A stretch of DNA of 64,000 bases from Caecitellus pseudoparvulus. Taxonomy: Eukaryota; Protista; Bigyra: Bicosoecida. The notes under the pieces are model-generated. The model saw only the letters and a list, made by a program, of their open reading frames with translations. It ran no database searches and was not told the origin of the DNA. This document shows positions 26,747 to 37,993 of this stretch, in pieces. The stretch covers positions 124,001 to 188,000 of the forward strand of contig CBFFRQ010000055.1 in NCBI GenBank assembly GCA_965644315.1. Direction: 5' to 3'. The position numbers and the translations under genes were made by a program. How positions within the stretch are numbered: position 1 is the stretch's first letter; the number at the start of each line of letters is the position of its first letter.

Positions 26747-27181
26747 CTAATTTCCTCGCGCTGCTTTGTCAACGAGCTTCAGCAATTCCTCTTTGGCGGC
26801 TGTCGCGCTTGCAGGGCGGGCTGAGAGCACTCCAGCATACAGCGCCTCCAACATGCCATGCACTCGTGTCATGTACTCATCTGCGTGCTCCGGGGGACTC
26901 ACGCTGTCCGCCTCCAATGCAGCGGATGGTGAGCTAGATGCCCTTCCTTGCTTGCTCTGCTCCGTAAGGAAAGTCGCAATGGCGGGGTGCAGTTCTGACG
27001 GTCCGGGTTGCCGCTGCACCACAAACACGAAAACGCTCGCGAACACCTCATCGCAGTAAGCTCGTGCCAGGTGGGAAAGGCGCTCAACGGCCGGCTCAGT
27101 TGACGAAGCACTGGTCTTTAGACCGTCTGTATACTTCCAGTGAGGAAGCAGTACCGGTGCACACGCGTCAGAGGCTGCCAT
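26747..27181 (-). CDS. Hypothetical protein (5' end unresolved, may have upstream exons)
   Basis: ORF with ATG at 27181 (MAASDACAP...) and helical-looking composition. It fills the gap convergent with UPF1. No family recognised. Confidence 0.4.
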   Translation of the reverse strand: MAASDACAPVLLPHWKYTDGLKTSASSTEPAVERLSHLARAYCDEVFASVFVFVVQRQPGPSELHPAIATFLTEQSKQGRASSSPSAALEADSVSPPEHADEYMTRVHGMLEALYAGVLSARPASATAAKEELLKLVDKAARGN

Positions 27182-27864
27182 GCTGTGGGTGTGTCGCCGC
27201 GACACTGTGGAACCTCGAGGTCGAGAAGAGGCACAAATACAATCGGTGATTGAAAGTGGGAAGGGATTTAGTGAATGAGAAGCGCTCAGTCAGTGCTCCT
27301 GTTCAGGTTTGTTTTTGTGTGATGCATTGCAGTGCTGGCCGTCAGTGATTGCCATGTGCGGGCTCCTGGATACCTCCCATCCCTGAAAGGCAAACTTCCA
27401 AATTGGCCCACACTCAGTGCCCAAGATCAAACGTTAAACCACGCGCCTCACACAGTGATGGGGCCGTTGATCAAACACACCTCCTGCAGCAGTCCCTCAA
27501 ACTCTCTGCACACGCAGTGGCCGTCGCAGTGCGACTCTGCCCACGGGATCGCGCATAAGCGGGGCAAGCCTTCGATCTTGCCCACACTGGGAGCGGTTCC
27601 CAGCTGTCTTCTGAGGCGTTGGTGATCAGTACAGGTGCGTCGACTTCATCATCTCAAGTTTAGCCCTGCAGCTGTGGCACGAGGGGCTGCCGCCATCAGG
27701 AAAAACGACCTCACACGCCCACACCACACTGTTTTCGCAGCCATCCGCCATGTCTGCCAGCCCAGCTCCAATGAAGCGTGTCAGGTGAGTATTCATGGCC
27801 GATGTACTTGTGCAGGCCTGCGTTGTGGCACGCCGCCCCTCTTTTCGTGTGAAGAAACCGACGC

Positions 27865-29285
27865 ATGTCCACTGGCGCGCGGGACCTCCAGTCTGAGCTG
27901 CTCTCGCATGCGAAGCAGGGCAACATGAAGGAGGTAAAGATGCTCGTGGAGATGGGTGCCAATATCAACGCCACTGATGCCCTGGGGCAAACAGCTCTGC
28001 ATGTCGCTGCCTACAACGACCAGGCGGAGTTGTGTGAGTACTTGGTGCTGAACGGCGTCGACACTGACATCAAATCCAACGATGGCCTGACTGCCTACCA
28101 GCTCGCGATGGAGGAGGAGTTAGAAGATGTGGCCCGCACCATCAGGGAGCGTAGCCGAGATGTCAAGTCAATCAAGGCGAAAAACCTCGCGCCAGCCGTC
28201 CAAAAGCAGGAGCTGAAGCAGTTGTGGGTGAAGGCCCAACGGAAGCGTGGGGTAGTGGAAGAGAAAGCTGACGCTGCTGCTGCCGTGCGGGTTGTCAACA
28301 CTGCCAGTACTGTGGCTCGGCAGACTGGTGGGGCTGTCGATATCGACGTGCCTGCGGCATCAGCAAGTGGAGGGGCGGGCAAGAAGAAGAAGGATCTTGG
28401 CCTCATTGACACCCCAAAGAAGGTAGCGACGCAGGAAACTGTGCGCACGGTCGAAGTTGAAGAGGATTCTGTGCCGCCATCCAGTGTCAAGCTGCCTTCT
28501 GTGCCGGGAGCCCAGGCTGCTCCCGCCCAAGACACTGAAGCTGCCGATGCCAAGCGGAAAGTACCACCACCTCCAAAGAGGCCATCAGCCCCCGGTGGTA
28601 TGGGGGCGTCTGCATATGTCCAAGCTGTCATGCAGAAAGCAACCCAAGCTGCATCAGGTGCTCCTGCGGCAGCTGGAAGCGGGTCAGCGGCCGCCTCGCC
28701 CCTCGCCAAGCGTGTCGTGCAGAAGCCAGCTGCGCCCGCAGCGGCACCCACACCAAGCAAGCTGCCTGTAAGTGTTTCGTTGTCGCCGCAAGAAGAGCCT
28801 GATGACCCCCTTGCAACTGGACTTACGCCCGCTGAAACTCGGAAGCTTGTGTCTGGCGTCTCGGAGGAGACGCTTGCTGCGCAGCGTGTTGCCGTTGTCG
28901 AGCAGCACCGCGCCCACGCCTTCGAAGTGCAGAATCCTGGATACCTGGCTAAACTGTCCAAAGCTAAGGCTGAGGCAAAGGCTGGGCACTCATCATCTGC
29001 GTTTGGGACAGAAACTGTCCGCTTGTGGCTCGGTGCACTGGCCCTGGAGCAGTACAGCAAGCAGCTCTGCGAGAATGGGTATGATTCACTCGCACGGCTT
29101 TGCATGCTTGAAGAAGAAGACTTGAAGGAGTTCAACTCTGTGAGTATGCCCTACCCCCCGCCGCTCAGCGACCCCGACCGACGCCCCCCCCCCGCCCCTC
29201 CCAGCCGAAAGTTCTTCCGGGTCACCGCCGCCATCTGATGCGGGCAGTGAAGGCCCTTCAAGAGGAAGTTGCGAGTAGCAAGTAG
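27865..29285 (+). CDS. Ankyrin-repeat and SAM-domain protein; join(27865..29139,29205..29285)
   Basis: ANK motifs LVEMGANINATDALGQTALHVAA and GVDTDIKSNDGLTAYQLA, then an Ala/Pro linker. The SAM domain VRLWLGALALEQYSKQLCENGYDSL is completed after a 65-nt intron (GTGAGT...CCCAG) by PKVLPGHRRHLMRAVKAL, ending at TAG 29283-29285. Confidence 0.88.
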
Positions 29286-29633
29286 CTCTCACCAAAAATT
29301 TACTCTGTCGGCGGTTGCTATGGTCAACCTGTACTTCGACTTGCCGCCCTTGCCCCTCTGCCGGTTTGCTTTTTGCAGCAGCGTTGCATCGCAACTCGAC
29401 ACGCCAGGTGCCTGGCGGCTGCTGGAGTCTGCTTGGTCGTGCCCCGTGCACACGCTTGAAACGTGCCCCTGTGGGCCCTTTCCGAACATATACGACTCTG
29501 AATGCGCGCTGCTTTAGGTGCTAGGTGCCGAACAAAGCCAAGGTTTGTTGCTGTCGGAGGCGCGACGGGGAGTCGCATGCGACACGGTCATGTGCCCCTC
29601 TTATGCGTAGATTCAAAGCTCCACGAGCCTTGT

Positions 29634-32600
29634 ATGCCCCTGAACAAGACCATCAGCATGACAAGTAGTGCGTTTCCTTGATGGGCGGGCTCGGGCTCAG
29701 GCTCACGGCTTCAACTGTGCTTGCAGAGGAGGAGCGCGAGCGGGAGTTCATCCAGCGGATGAAGGAGGAGAAGGAAGAGAAAGCTGCAGAGGCAGCCAAG
29801 GAGGAAGAAGCAAGGGTTGCCCGCATGACACCCGAGGAGCGAGAAGAGTACGAGAAAGAAAAAGCAGCTGCCGAGGCCCATGCGAACAAGAAAGAGAAGA
29901 TGCTCACAAAACAGCTAGGTGGGTATGGATCTGCCGCATCAAAAGGCCGCGGCCGTGGCCGTGGGCGGGGTCGTGGGCGCGGCCGTGGCCGGGGAGGAGT
30001 CACTGGCCGCACGTCATCACCAAAACATCTATCCTCTGACAAAGTTGCTGCAGAAGAAACCACATCGACGCCACCGCCCAAGGCAACGCCACCTGGCAAG
30101 GGGCCACCCAAGGCCGGACCACCCGGCAAGCCTGGCGCTGCGACGCCACCGCCCAAGGCAACGCCACCTGGCAAGGGGCCACCCAAGGCCGGACCACCCG
30201 GCAAGCCTGGCGCTGCGACGCCACCGCCCAAGGCAACGCCACCTGGCAAGGGGCCACCCAAGGCCGGACCACCCGGCAAGCCTGGCGCTGCGACGCCACC
30301 AGGCAAGGGGCCACCCAAGGCCGGACCACCCGGCAAGCCTGGCGCTGCGACGCCACCGCCCAAGGCAACGCCACCTGGCAAGGGGCCACCCAAGGCCGGA
30401 CCACCCGGCAAGCCTGGCGCTGCGACGCCACCAGGCAAGGGGCCACCCAAGGCCGGACCACCCGGCAAGCCTGGCGCTGCGACGCCACCGCCCAAGGCAA
30501 CGCCACCTGGCAAGGCCACCCAGGCCGGACCACCCGGCAAGCCTGGCGCTGCGACGCCACCAGGCAGGGCCACCCAAGGCCGGACCACCCGGCAAGCCTG
30601 GCGCTGCGACGCCACCGCCCAAGGCAACGCCACCTGGCAAGGGGCCACCCAAGGCCGGACCACCCGGCAAGCCTGGCGCTGCGACGCCACCGCCCAAGGC
30701 AACGCCACCAGGCAAGGGGCCACCCAAGGCCGGACCACCCGGCAAGCCTGGCGCTGCGACGCCACCGCCCAAGGCAACGCCACCTGGCAAGGGGCCACCC
30801 AAGGCCGGACCACCCGGCAAGCCTGGCGCTGCGACGCCACCGCCCAAGGCAACGCCACCTGGCAAGGGGCCACCCAAGGCCGGACCACCCGGCAAGCCTG
30901 GCGCTGCGACGCCACCGCCCAAGGCAACGCCACCTGGCAAGGGGCCACCCAAGGCCGGACCACCCGGCAAGCCTGGCGCTGCGACGCCACCGCCCAAGGC
31001 AACGCCACCTGGCAAGGGGCCACCCAAGGCCGGACCACCCGGCAAGCCTGGCGCTGCGACGCCACCGCCCAAGGCAACGCCACCTGGCAAGGGGCCACCC
31101 AAGGCCGGACCACCCGGCAAGCCTGGCGCTGCGACGCCACCGCCCAAGGCAACGCCACCTGGCAAGGGGCCACCCAAGGCCGGACCACCCGGCAAGCCTG
31201 GCGCTGCGACGCCACCGCCCAAGGCAACGCCACCAGGCAAGGGGCCACCCAAGGCCGGACCACCCGGCAAGCCTGGCGCTGCGACGCCACCTGGCAAGGG
31301 GCCACCCAAGGCCGGACCACCCGGCAAGCCTGGCGCTGCGACGCCACCGGGTAAGAATTCGTCAGCTGATTTGAGCTCTGAGAATCTTGGAAGCCAACCT
31401 AGTCCTGCAGCACCCCCGTCTCCTAAGGTACGAAAGCCAAGTGTCACAGTGAAAGGCAAGCGACCAACTCCGCCCGCTTCAACTACCAAGCCGAAGCCAG
31501 CCGCGGGGGCGTCGCCTCGGGGCCCACCTGGGTCACCAGCGGGCAAGCCGAAGCCAGCCGCGGGGGCGTCACCTCGGGGTCCACCTGGGTCACCAGCGGG
31601 CAAGCCGAAGCCAGCCGCGGGGGCGTCACCTCGGGGTCCACCTGGGTCACCAGCGGGCAAGCCGAAGCCAGCCGCGGGGGCGTCACCTCGGGGTCCACCT
31701 GGGTCACCAGCGGGCAAGCCGAAGCCAGCCGCGGGGGCGTCACCTCGGGGTCCACCTGGGTCACCAGCGGGCAAGCCGAAGCCAGCCGCGGGGGCGTCAC
31801 CCCGGGGTCCACCTGGGTCACCAGCGGGCAAGCCGAAGCCAGCCGCGGGGGCGTCACCTCGGGGTCCACCTGGGTCACCAGCGGGCAAGCCGAAGCCAGC
31901 CGCGGGGGCGTCACCCCGGGGTCCACCTGGGTCACCAGCGGGCAAGCCGAAGCCAGCCGCGGGGGCGTCACCTCGGGGTCCACCTGGGTCACCAGCGGGC
32001 AAGCCGAAGCCAGCCGCGGGGGCGTCACCTCGGGGTCCACCTGGGTCACCAGCGGGCAAGCCGAAGCCAGCCGCGGGGGCGTCACCCCGGGGTCCACCTG
32101 GGTCACCAGCGGGCAAGCCGAAGCCAGCCGCGGGGGCGTCACCCCGGGGTCCACCTGGGTCACCAGCGGGCAAGCCGAAGCCAGCCGCGGGGGCGTCACC
32201 CCGGGGTCCACCTGGGTCACCAGCGGGCAAGCCGAAGCCAGCCGCGGGGGCGTCACCCCGGGGTCCACCTGGGTCACCAGCGGGCAAGCCGAAGCCAGCC
32301 GCGGGGGCGTCACCTCGGGGTCCACCTGGGTCACCAGCGGGCAAGCCGAAGCCAGCCGCGGGGGAATCGTCGAGTATAAGCGAGCCTTCATCGGAGGCTG
32401 GGATGGTTCCGCCGAAGCCCAGTTTGGCAGCACTTGGCCCCCCGCCAGGATCACTCCTTGCAAAGAAGACATCGAGCTCTGAGGCCACGGGGGATGCTCC
32501 AGTGATGAAAACGTCAAGTGTATCACTCTCTAGTGAGTCCAAGCTGGACGCAAGTGCCGGTGTCACAAGCAGTCAAGGGGACCTCCCCACAGCAGTGGTC

Positions 32601-34511
32601 TCAGCAGAAGACGAACCTGGGGGCACTTCAAGGCCGCGGGCTGAGACTGATGCAGAGCGAAAGAAGAAGCGGAAAGAGGAGAAGAAACGCAAGAAACAAA
32701 AACGCAAACAAGCTTGGGCTGCAACTGTTGATGAAGAGGAGTTTGGCTGGAACTATGACGGTGCAGGTGTTGTAACTCCAGACATGTTTGTGCTTCGACC
32801 GATCAAAGCCCAAGCTCGCCCCGCTGAAAGCGCAAGAGCTGCTTCTCAAAGAAGATTATCGTCTGCTGGCGAGCTCTGCACAGAGTCGTCGAGTGAAGAC
32901 GAATCGTCAGTGGCGGCGACACCGCCTGGAGTGGACCTGCGTCACCGCTCAACCAAGCTTGCCGAGCCCGAAAAGACTCCTTCAGGATCGAATGATCAAC
33001 TGAAAGACTTACTTGCACAGTCTCAAAAAAGAATTGCTGATCTGGAAGCTGCTCTTGCTCGTGCTGAGATGCAAGGCCCGCCAGATCGTAGCCCACCGAG
33101 CGCAAGTTCCGTCGCGCGTGACTCCTCGTCACAGCCTGAAGAGAAGGGTACACAACTGCCACAGCATGTGAAGGAGTACTTGAGAGGGGCACCAAAGCCC
33201 CCCGCTTCAACTCCGACTCAAGCCATGCGAACTCCAAAGTCCGGAACAGAGCAGAAACCTGCAAAGCTCAGCGGAAGAGAGTCTCAACAGCACCCAGCAT
33301 CAGCCCCTCATTCTTCACAAGCTTTGTCACGGTGGTATAACTCCAAACCAGGTGGTACCTTCGACTCAAGAGATAGTTTCTCACCAAACGCTCCCCAAGC
33401 TCCTGCCTCTCCGTCCTCGGGTGTGTCTGCTTTCATTCAGCACCTTGATCGGTCCAAAGCCAAGTCGATCCGGACTCACCGCAAGGTTCAAAAGCTTCAC
33501 CGAAAGCAAGCACAGCAGCGGATGCTTGAGGTTCGAATGATCCAAGAGCGAAAGGACGCGCACATTCGTGGGGTTTCCCCAGCGCCTGCTCCCCCACCTC
33601 CTGGTCAGGCGCTTGCAGGCTTGATTCCGAGCCCAAGAGGGCTCTCAGTTCCGCCACAACCACAGCAGAAGCCGCTGTATCCGAAATTGCCTTCCCATCC
33701 ACACCACTCGACGTTCTTGAGCCCCGATGCTGAAAGTGCACTCATTAGGCTGAAGGGCCGCCATGTGCCATCCGTTGAATCGCTGCTGCACGCACGTGAG
33801 AGAACAGCGCCCCAGTCTTTCCCACCCCCGCCTCCTCCGCCCCACATTACCAGCCCTGGACTACAATCTGCCCAAGCTCAGACTGGCTCTGCTTCTCGAC
33901 TTTTCCCGCCAAGCGGATCGCTTGCTTCCGAGCATGCATTCAGTTCAACACCAGGTGGCAGTCCACGCCAACGCGCAAGCCTTCGTTCCATGCACTCGTC
34001 TATCTCGAGCAGCTATGCCCATCCCACAGGCAAATCGCTGTCGCCAGTGCAAGCCAGGCGCGAGATCTACAGCAGCGCTGCAGCCGCAGCTGCTGCTTGG
34101 GATCCATCAACTCCCCGAAGAAGCAGCGTGAAGAAATCGCAAGGAAAGGACACACACTTTCGCCAGTGGGCAGCGAGCGAATCAGCAAAGGCTGCAGCAA
34201 TCACTGCGGCAGCAGCGGCACTGATCTCAGGAAACAACAGAGCAATCAGAACCCCACCCCAGCCCCGCCTTGAGGACTCTTTCCAGCATTCAAGGTCTAC
34301 AACAACATCAGACATTCAGCTGCATGCTGGCGCGCCGCGAACCCCAACTGTTGGGACACGCCGGGAGCCGGTAAACCTCCAGCGAAGCTCGGACCTGCGA
34401 AGATTAAACCAAGCACTTGTGAAAGAAGAGCATGAAGTGCACCAAGCAAGGTCACAAATGCTGGACCATGTACTAGAGCGCCAAAGGGGTCTGGCACTGC
34501 GCCATGGCTGA
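29634..34511 (+). CDS. ~1,600-aa disordered Pro/Lys/Ala-rich protein; probable join(29634..29667,29727..34511) with an apparent frameshift at ~30511-30570
   Basis: A 59-nt GTGCGT...TTGCAG intron yields MPLNKTISMTSKEERERE. An E/K-rich helix, a GR repeat, two Pro-rich arrays and a basic stretch RKKKRKEEKKRKKQKRK follow. The repeat peptide moves from the frame of ORF 29678 to that of ORF 29919 where run-length deletions occur. Confidence 0.75.
29944..29998 (+). repeat. GGNCGN hexamer repeat encoding a GR dipeptide run ending in GG
   Basis: ggccgcggccgtggccgtgggcggggtcgtgggcgcggccgtggccggggagga. Confidence 0.9.
30067..31355 (+). repeat. Coding tandem array, 75-bp unit (TPPPKATPPGKGPPKAGPPGKPGAA) with 57-bp short variants
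   Basis: gacgccaccgcccaagg recurs at 30067, 30142 and onward. Short units lack PPPKAT. Confidence 0.97.
31488..32364 (+). repeat. Coding tandem array, 57-bp unit x ~15 (KPKPAAGASPRGPPGSPAG)
   Basis: Near-perfect repeats of aagccgaagccagccgcgggggcgtcaccYcggggtccacctgggtcaccagcgggc. Confidence 0.97.
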
Positions 34512-37500
34512 TGCAGGCGAAGAGCAAATCCGCTGTTGGAGGGAACGAGGCCAAGCCCCAGAATGCAGAGATATCAGCCACAAAGGGAAGTACGCAACGA
34601 AGCGAGACCCAGCAAGCCCACATCACTAATCAGTGAGCGCTCCAGCATGAATGCATGCTTTCCCACATCACACCGAGGAAGCTTCGCTAGACACAACGTG
34701 GACAAACAGGCGAGCAGTGTCAAGCTGGCGCGTTGAAGTGGCTCAAGCCGCGCGCTCAAAGCAGCAGAATCCACAGCAGAAAATGGCCTGTTCTCACACT
34801 CGCCACTGTTCCCCAAGCTCCGGCTGAACCTCAAAATCACGAAGCGTGAGGTTCATGTCCAAACGTCAACAAGATGGCATATTTCGAACCGTGCCAAAAC
34901 GCAAACGATTCAGTGAAGCCATCCGTGTTAAGTGCAAAGTTCATACCAGGATGTCACATCTGCGCACGAACTCAGGCTTCAAACTACAACAGCCGAACGA
35001 ATCAAGAACAACAGAAACAGCTAAAAGAGCACCCTGACTCTTGCACAACAGCAAGGGCCGATGAACGGCGGAATGCAACTCCCCAACACCGATAGCACCC
35101 AGCGAGGACTCCAATTGACAGCAAGAGTAGGATCCTATGTCTGACTAAATCATCGCAAACGATAGCATGCTTCCCAAGAAATCGAGGCAATCTACACACG
35201 CTCGCCTCGCAAGTATAAACCCACCTCAGTATGAGCGTGTAAGAATTTGTCATCCAGACTCACAGGCTCTGTAATCGCGTGAAAATTGCAGCGAATTCAC
35301 ATGCACAAGCACAGCCAGTCAATTTGTCTCAAATAAAGCTCTCTCAAAAGAGAGAGAACTTTTGCTTGCCAAACAAGGCGGAAAGAATCATGCCACTGCT
35401 GAATATGTTGGTCACTTTATTATGAGCACTGAATTAACACGCCCACAGAAAAAATCTCTTTACAAGGAATAACTCCGATGCACGCAATCAGACACAATGG
35501 GAATGAACGTCCTTTTTATGAAAGCAAGAAATTCGGAACTGTTGGATTAAGTTTGGGCCGATATACGGTTGTCCGTCTGGATGTCTTGTTGAAATCACGA
35601 TCTATTCTTGACACGCTTCTCATGCACTGGCCGTAAAATCGCTGAACTCAGAGAACAGGGATATGGATTGGCGCCAAAGACAGGAGACATGTTTATCGTG
35701 TTGAAAACATCGATATGGCACTGGTAACCAAAGCGTACTCGCATTTATTGAGAATCTACGTCGAGTTACATTCTTTGCTACGACTTTCTGATGAGTCGAT
35801 GTTGTCTGGTGTTTGAAGCAGAGATTGAGAGCATCCCCATCTTATAAGAATTTTGTGCATTCAGGTGAGTGGATTGTCTGAGAATGCCTAGGTGAAATAC
35901 TTTCAGCAGATGGGCACATGTTTTGCACGCATACGCTTTGAAGATGAGAACAAAGTTTCCTTCTCCTCCTGCAGGGTTCAACAACTAGGTTTGCAATCTC
36001 AGCACGGTTTTGTCGAACGCGATTATGATGCAAATCATGGTGATGTTGATATTCACTCTTTGTATGGCTAGGAAAAGAGTTGTTTTCTACGAAAGCAACA
36101 AAGCGGCAAAAGCAATGAAGGATCCGTGTGCAAGCGCAGTGAGATACTCAAGATATGCGGCGCCCAAAAAGAATGCCAAGGACGATTAGGTGTACATATG
36201 AAAAGTATCAAGGATATGGACACTTTGGCGCAATGAGCGATGCCAACAACATTGTTAGTGAGAATGTACGAGCTGAGATTTAGGAGTACTGTGCATGAGT
36301 TCAGATCAATGATACATGGCTGGAGTCAATTTCAGAGCTAAGTGTTGACCATACGCATGTCTCTAGTTGGAATTAATGGTATGTTGCGGTTCTCCAGACT
36401 TGAGCTTTCTGCAGATTCAAAAATGAGTTGCAAGAAACTCTTCTTGTCCACAAGGTTCATGGAAGTTCTCCTCTAATTTTCCTTACCGGATCTTCCGCAA
36501 CATGGTGAGGTACCCTCTTTCGCCAAGGTATCATTCACCAAGCACAGGATTTAGGTATGTTTCTTGATTCCATAAAATACAATTATTGTGGGATGTCGCA
36601 AATCTGTTTTGAAAAGGTGGCCAAGCATGAGCATATACTTTGCAGGTCTTCTCAAGAACAAGATTACTGTGAGCGTCGCGCGAGTTGATGCAGTTCATCA
36701 GCCAAGCTGTGGTCAATTGTGGAATGCTGCACATCACGTCCTTCCCGTCTTCCTCCACATCTTCTCTCTTCCTACGCAACACTTGCATGATTCGTGGATG
36801 ATTTCCATCCGAAGAATGATCACTGATTCGTTTGCATCAGCAAGAAAGAAGCTTGCGCTGTGCCAATGGAGCGCTATTTTTTTTCAGCACAATCTGCATT
36901 TTGGTGTTTCTTGGCACGTATTGTAAAGCCTGTGCGTCTTACTTGTTTGGCCTTGTTTGAAGCCGCTGTTGATGAACGCTTGCATCTTGCGTTGTTTCCA
37001 GTTGTGCAGCGGAAATGAATCCACGTTTGCTGCAGAAGAGTGGCGAGATCGGGATGCCACTTAGCTCGAGCAAGACGTCTTTGCTTGTTTTGCACGCCGC
37101 AAGCGATTGTATACGGTGCGATTTTGCTTGTCCAAGCGCTTTTCTTTGGTGGGTGTCAAAGAATGCTGTAGTTTATCTTCGCTGCGATGTTCATGGATAG
37201 CTCTGCTTCGCTTGACGGGGATTTGTTAGCCTCTCTGCATTGTGAGACTGAGTGCGTGCATTCCTGTCTGCGTTTTCTTAGAATCTTGTCATGAGAAGAT
37301 ATTGCGCGGTCTTCGAAGCACTCGAGCTTTCTATTCGTTGTCAGGCCCTGTCTTTTTAGGCACATTGTGGCGAGGTGCCGTGCTTGTGAACGACCGCGGG
37401 CTTGTCGCCCCGCTCTGAAGCGCATAAGCGGGAAGCGTGCCACTTGGCTTTTCCCGGGTGGCTGCTTGTTGAGGCGTTTCGATTAATTGTGGTTACTATC

Positions 37501-37993
37501 GCAAAGGCCTTGATTGAGGAATGCTGGGCATTCCTCTGTCTGGCATCTATGCCTCCGGACCGAGCCTGGTCTAGGAGAGCCTTCTCGCCATTCGTTGGTT
37601 GCTCGTCCGCCCTGAGGAGAATCCCATGCCACGATTCCCTGCATAGCATGCAGTTTGTATACATGCTATTTGACGGCGCCACTGCGTGACAAGCTGCTTG
37701 CACTGGATCCTCTGCAGACTTGCATGCGAGGTGGCGGCGACTGTGAATGAAGCGCCATGAGGGCCGGGGCACTTGCTTGAGGAGGATATTTTCCCTCAAC
37801 ATCTTGGTTTCGCGCGTGCACCTCAGCGGCTTCCAAGCTTACTGGGTCGTTCCCGAGACCTGGCTTGGCTCAGGTTCGGCTGCACACCTTCTGCGCCAGT
37901 CGGAGCAACGGGTGCACACTGTGCGGCTTGCTCTCACGAGCTTGACATATCTGCCACCGTCCTTAGTGCTCCGAAGCTTGATCTACTTCAGAC
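34512..37993. other. Gene-free low-GC interval with strand-skew inversion: candidate centromere / replication origin
   Basis: 3.48 kb without a credible ORF, whereas other intergenic gaps are under 0.75 kb. Sampled core lines are 35-42% GC. The left arm is A/C-rich and the right arm T/G-rich on the + strand. Confidence 0.55.

Noticed and set aside
28095-29135. 346-aa antisense ORF over the ankyrin-SAM gene
   Set aside because: In-register shadow of Ala/Pro-rich, GC-rich coding sequence.
30067-32364. CRISPR-like or centromeric satellite reading of the 75/57-bp arrays
   Set aside because: No unique spacers, unit lengths are multiples of 3, the variation is mostly synonymous, and the context is a eukaryotic CDS.
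29653-32566. Long antisense ORFs (564, 845 and 347 aa) with collagen/elastin-like Gly-Pro repeats
   Set aside because: Reverse-complement of stop-free coding arrays; the sense frame continues into unique sequence on both sides.
27865-34511. Ankyrin-SAM and Pro-rich ORFs as a single gene
   Set aside because: The SAM exon ends in an in-frame TAG at 29283, and the downstream gene has its own plausible ATG exon.
35339-35364. Small hairpin CTCTCTC-AAAA-GAGAGAG overlapping CAAAAG...CTTTTG
   Set aside because: A 7-bp low-complexity stem is expected by chance.
34512-37993. Endogenous virophage/Polinton, transposon or alternative-code gene in the low-GC interval
   Set aside because: Too short, no terminal repeats or TSD seen, no ORF with recognisable motifs, and GC grades smoothly instead of stepping. 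A heavily decayed relic cannot be excluded without a search.
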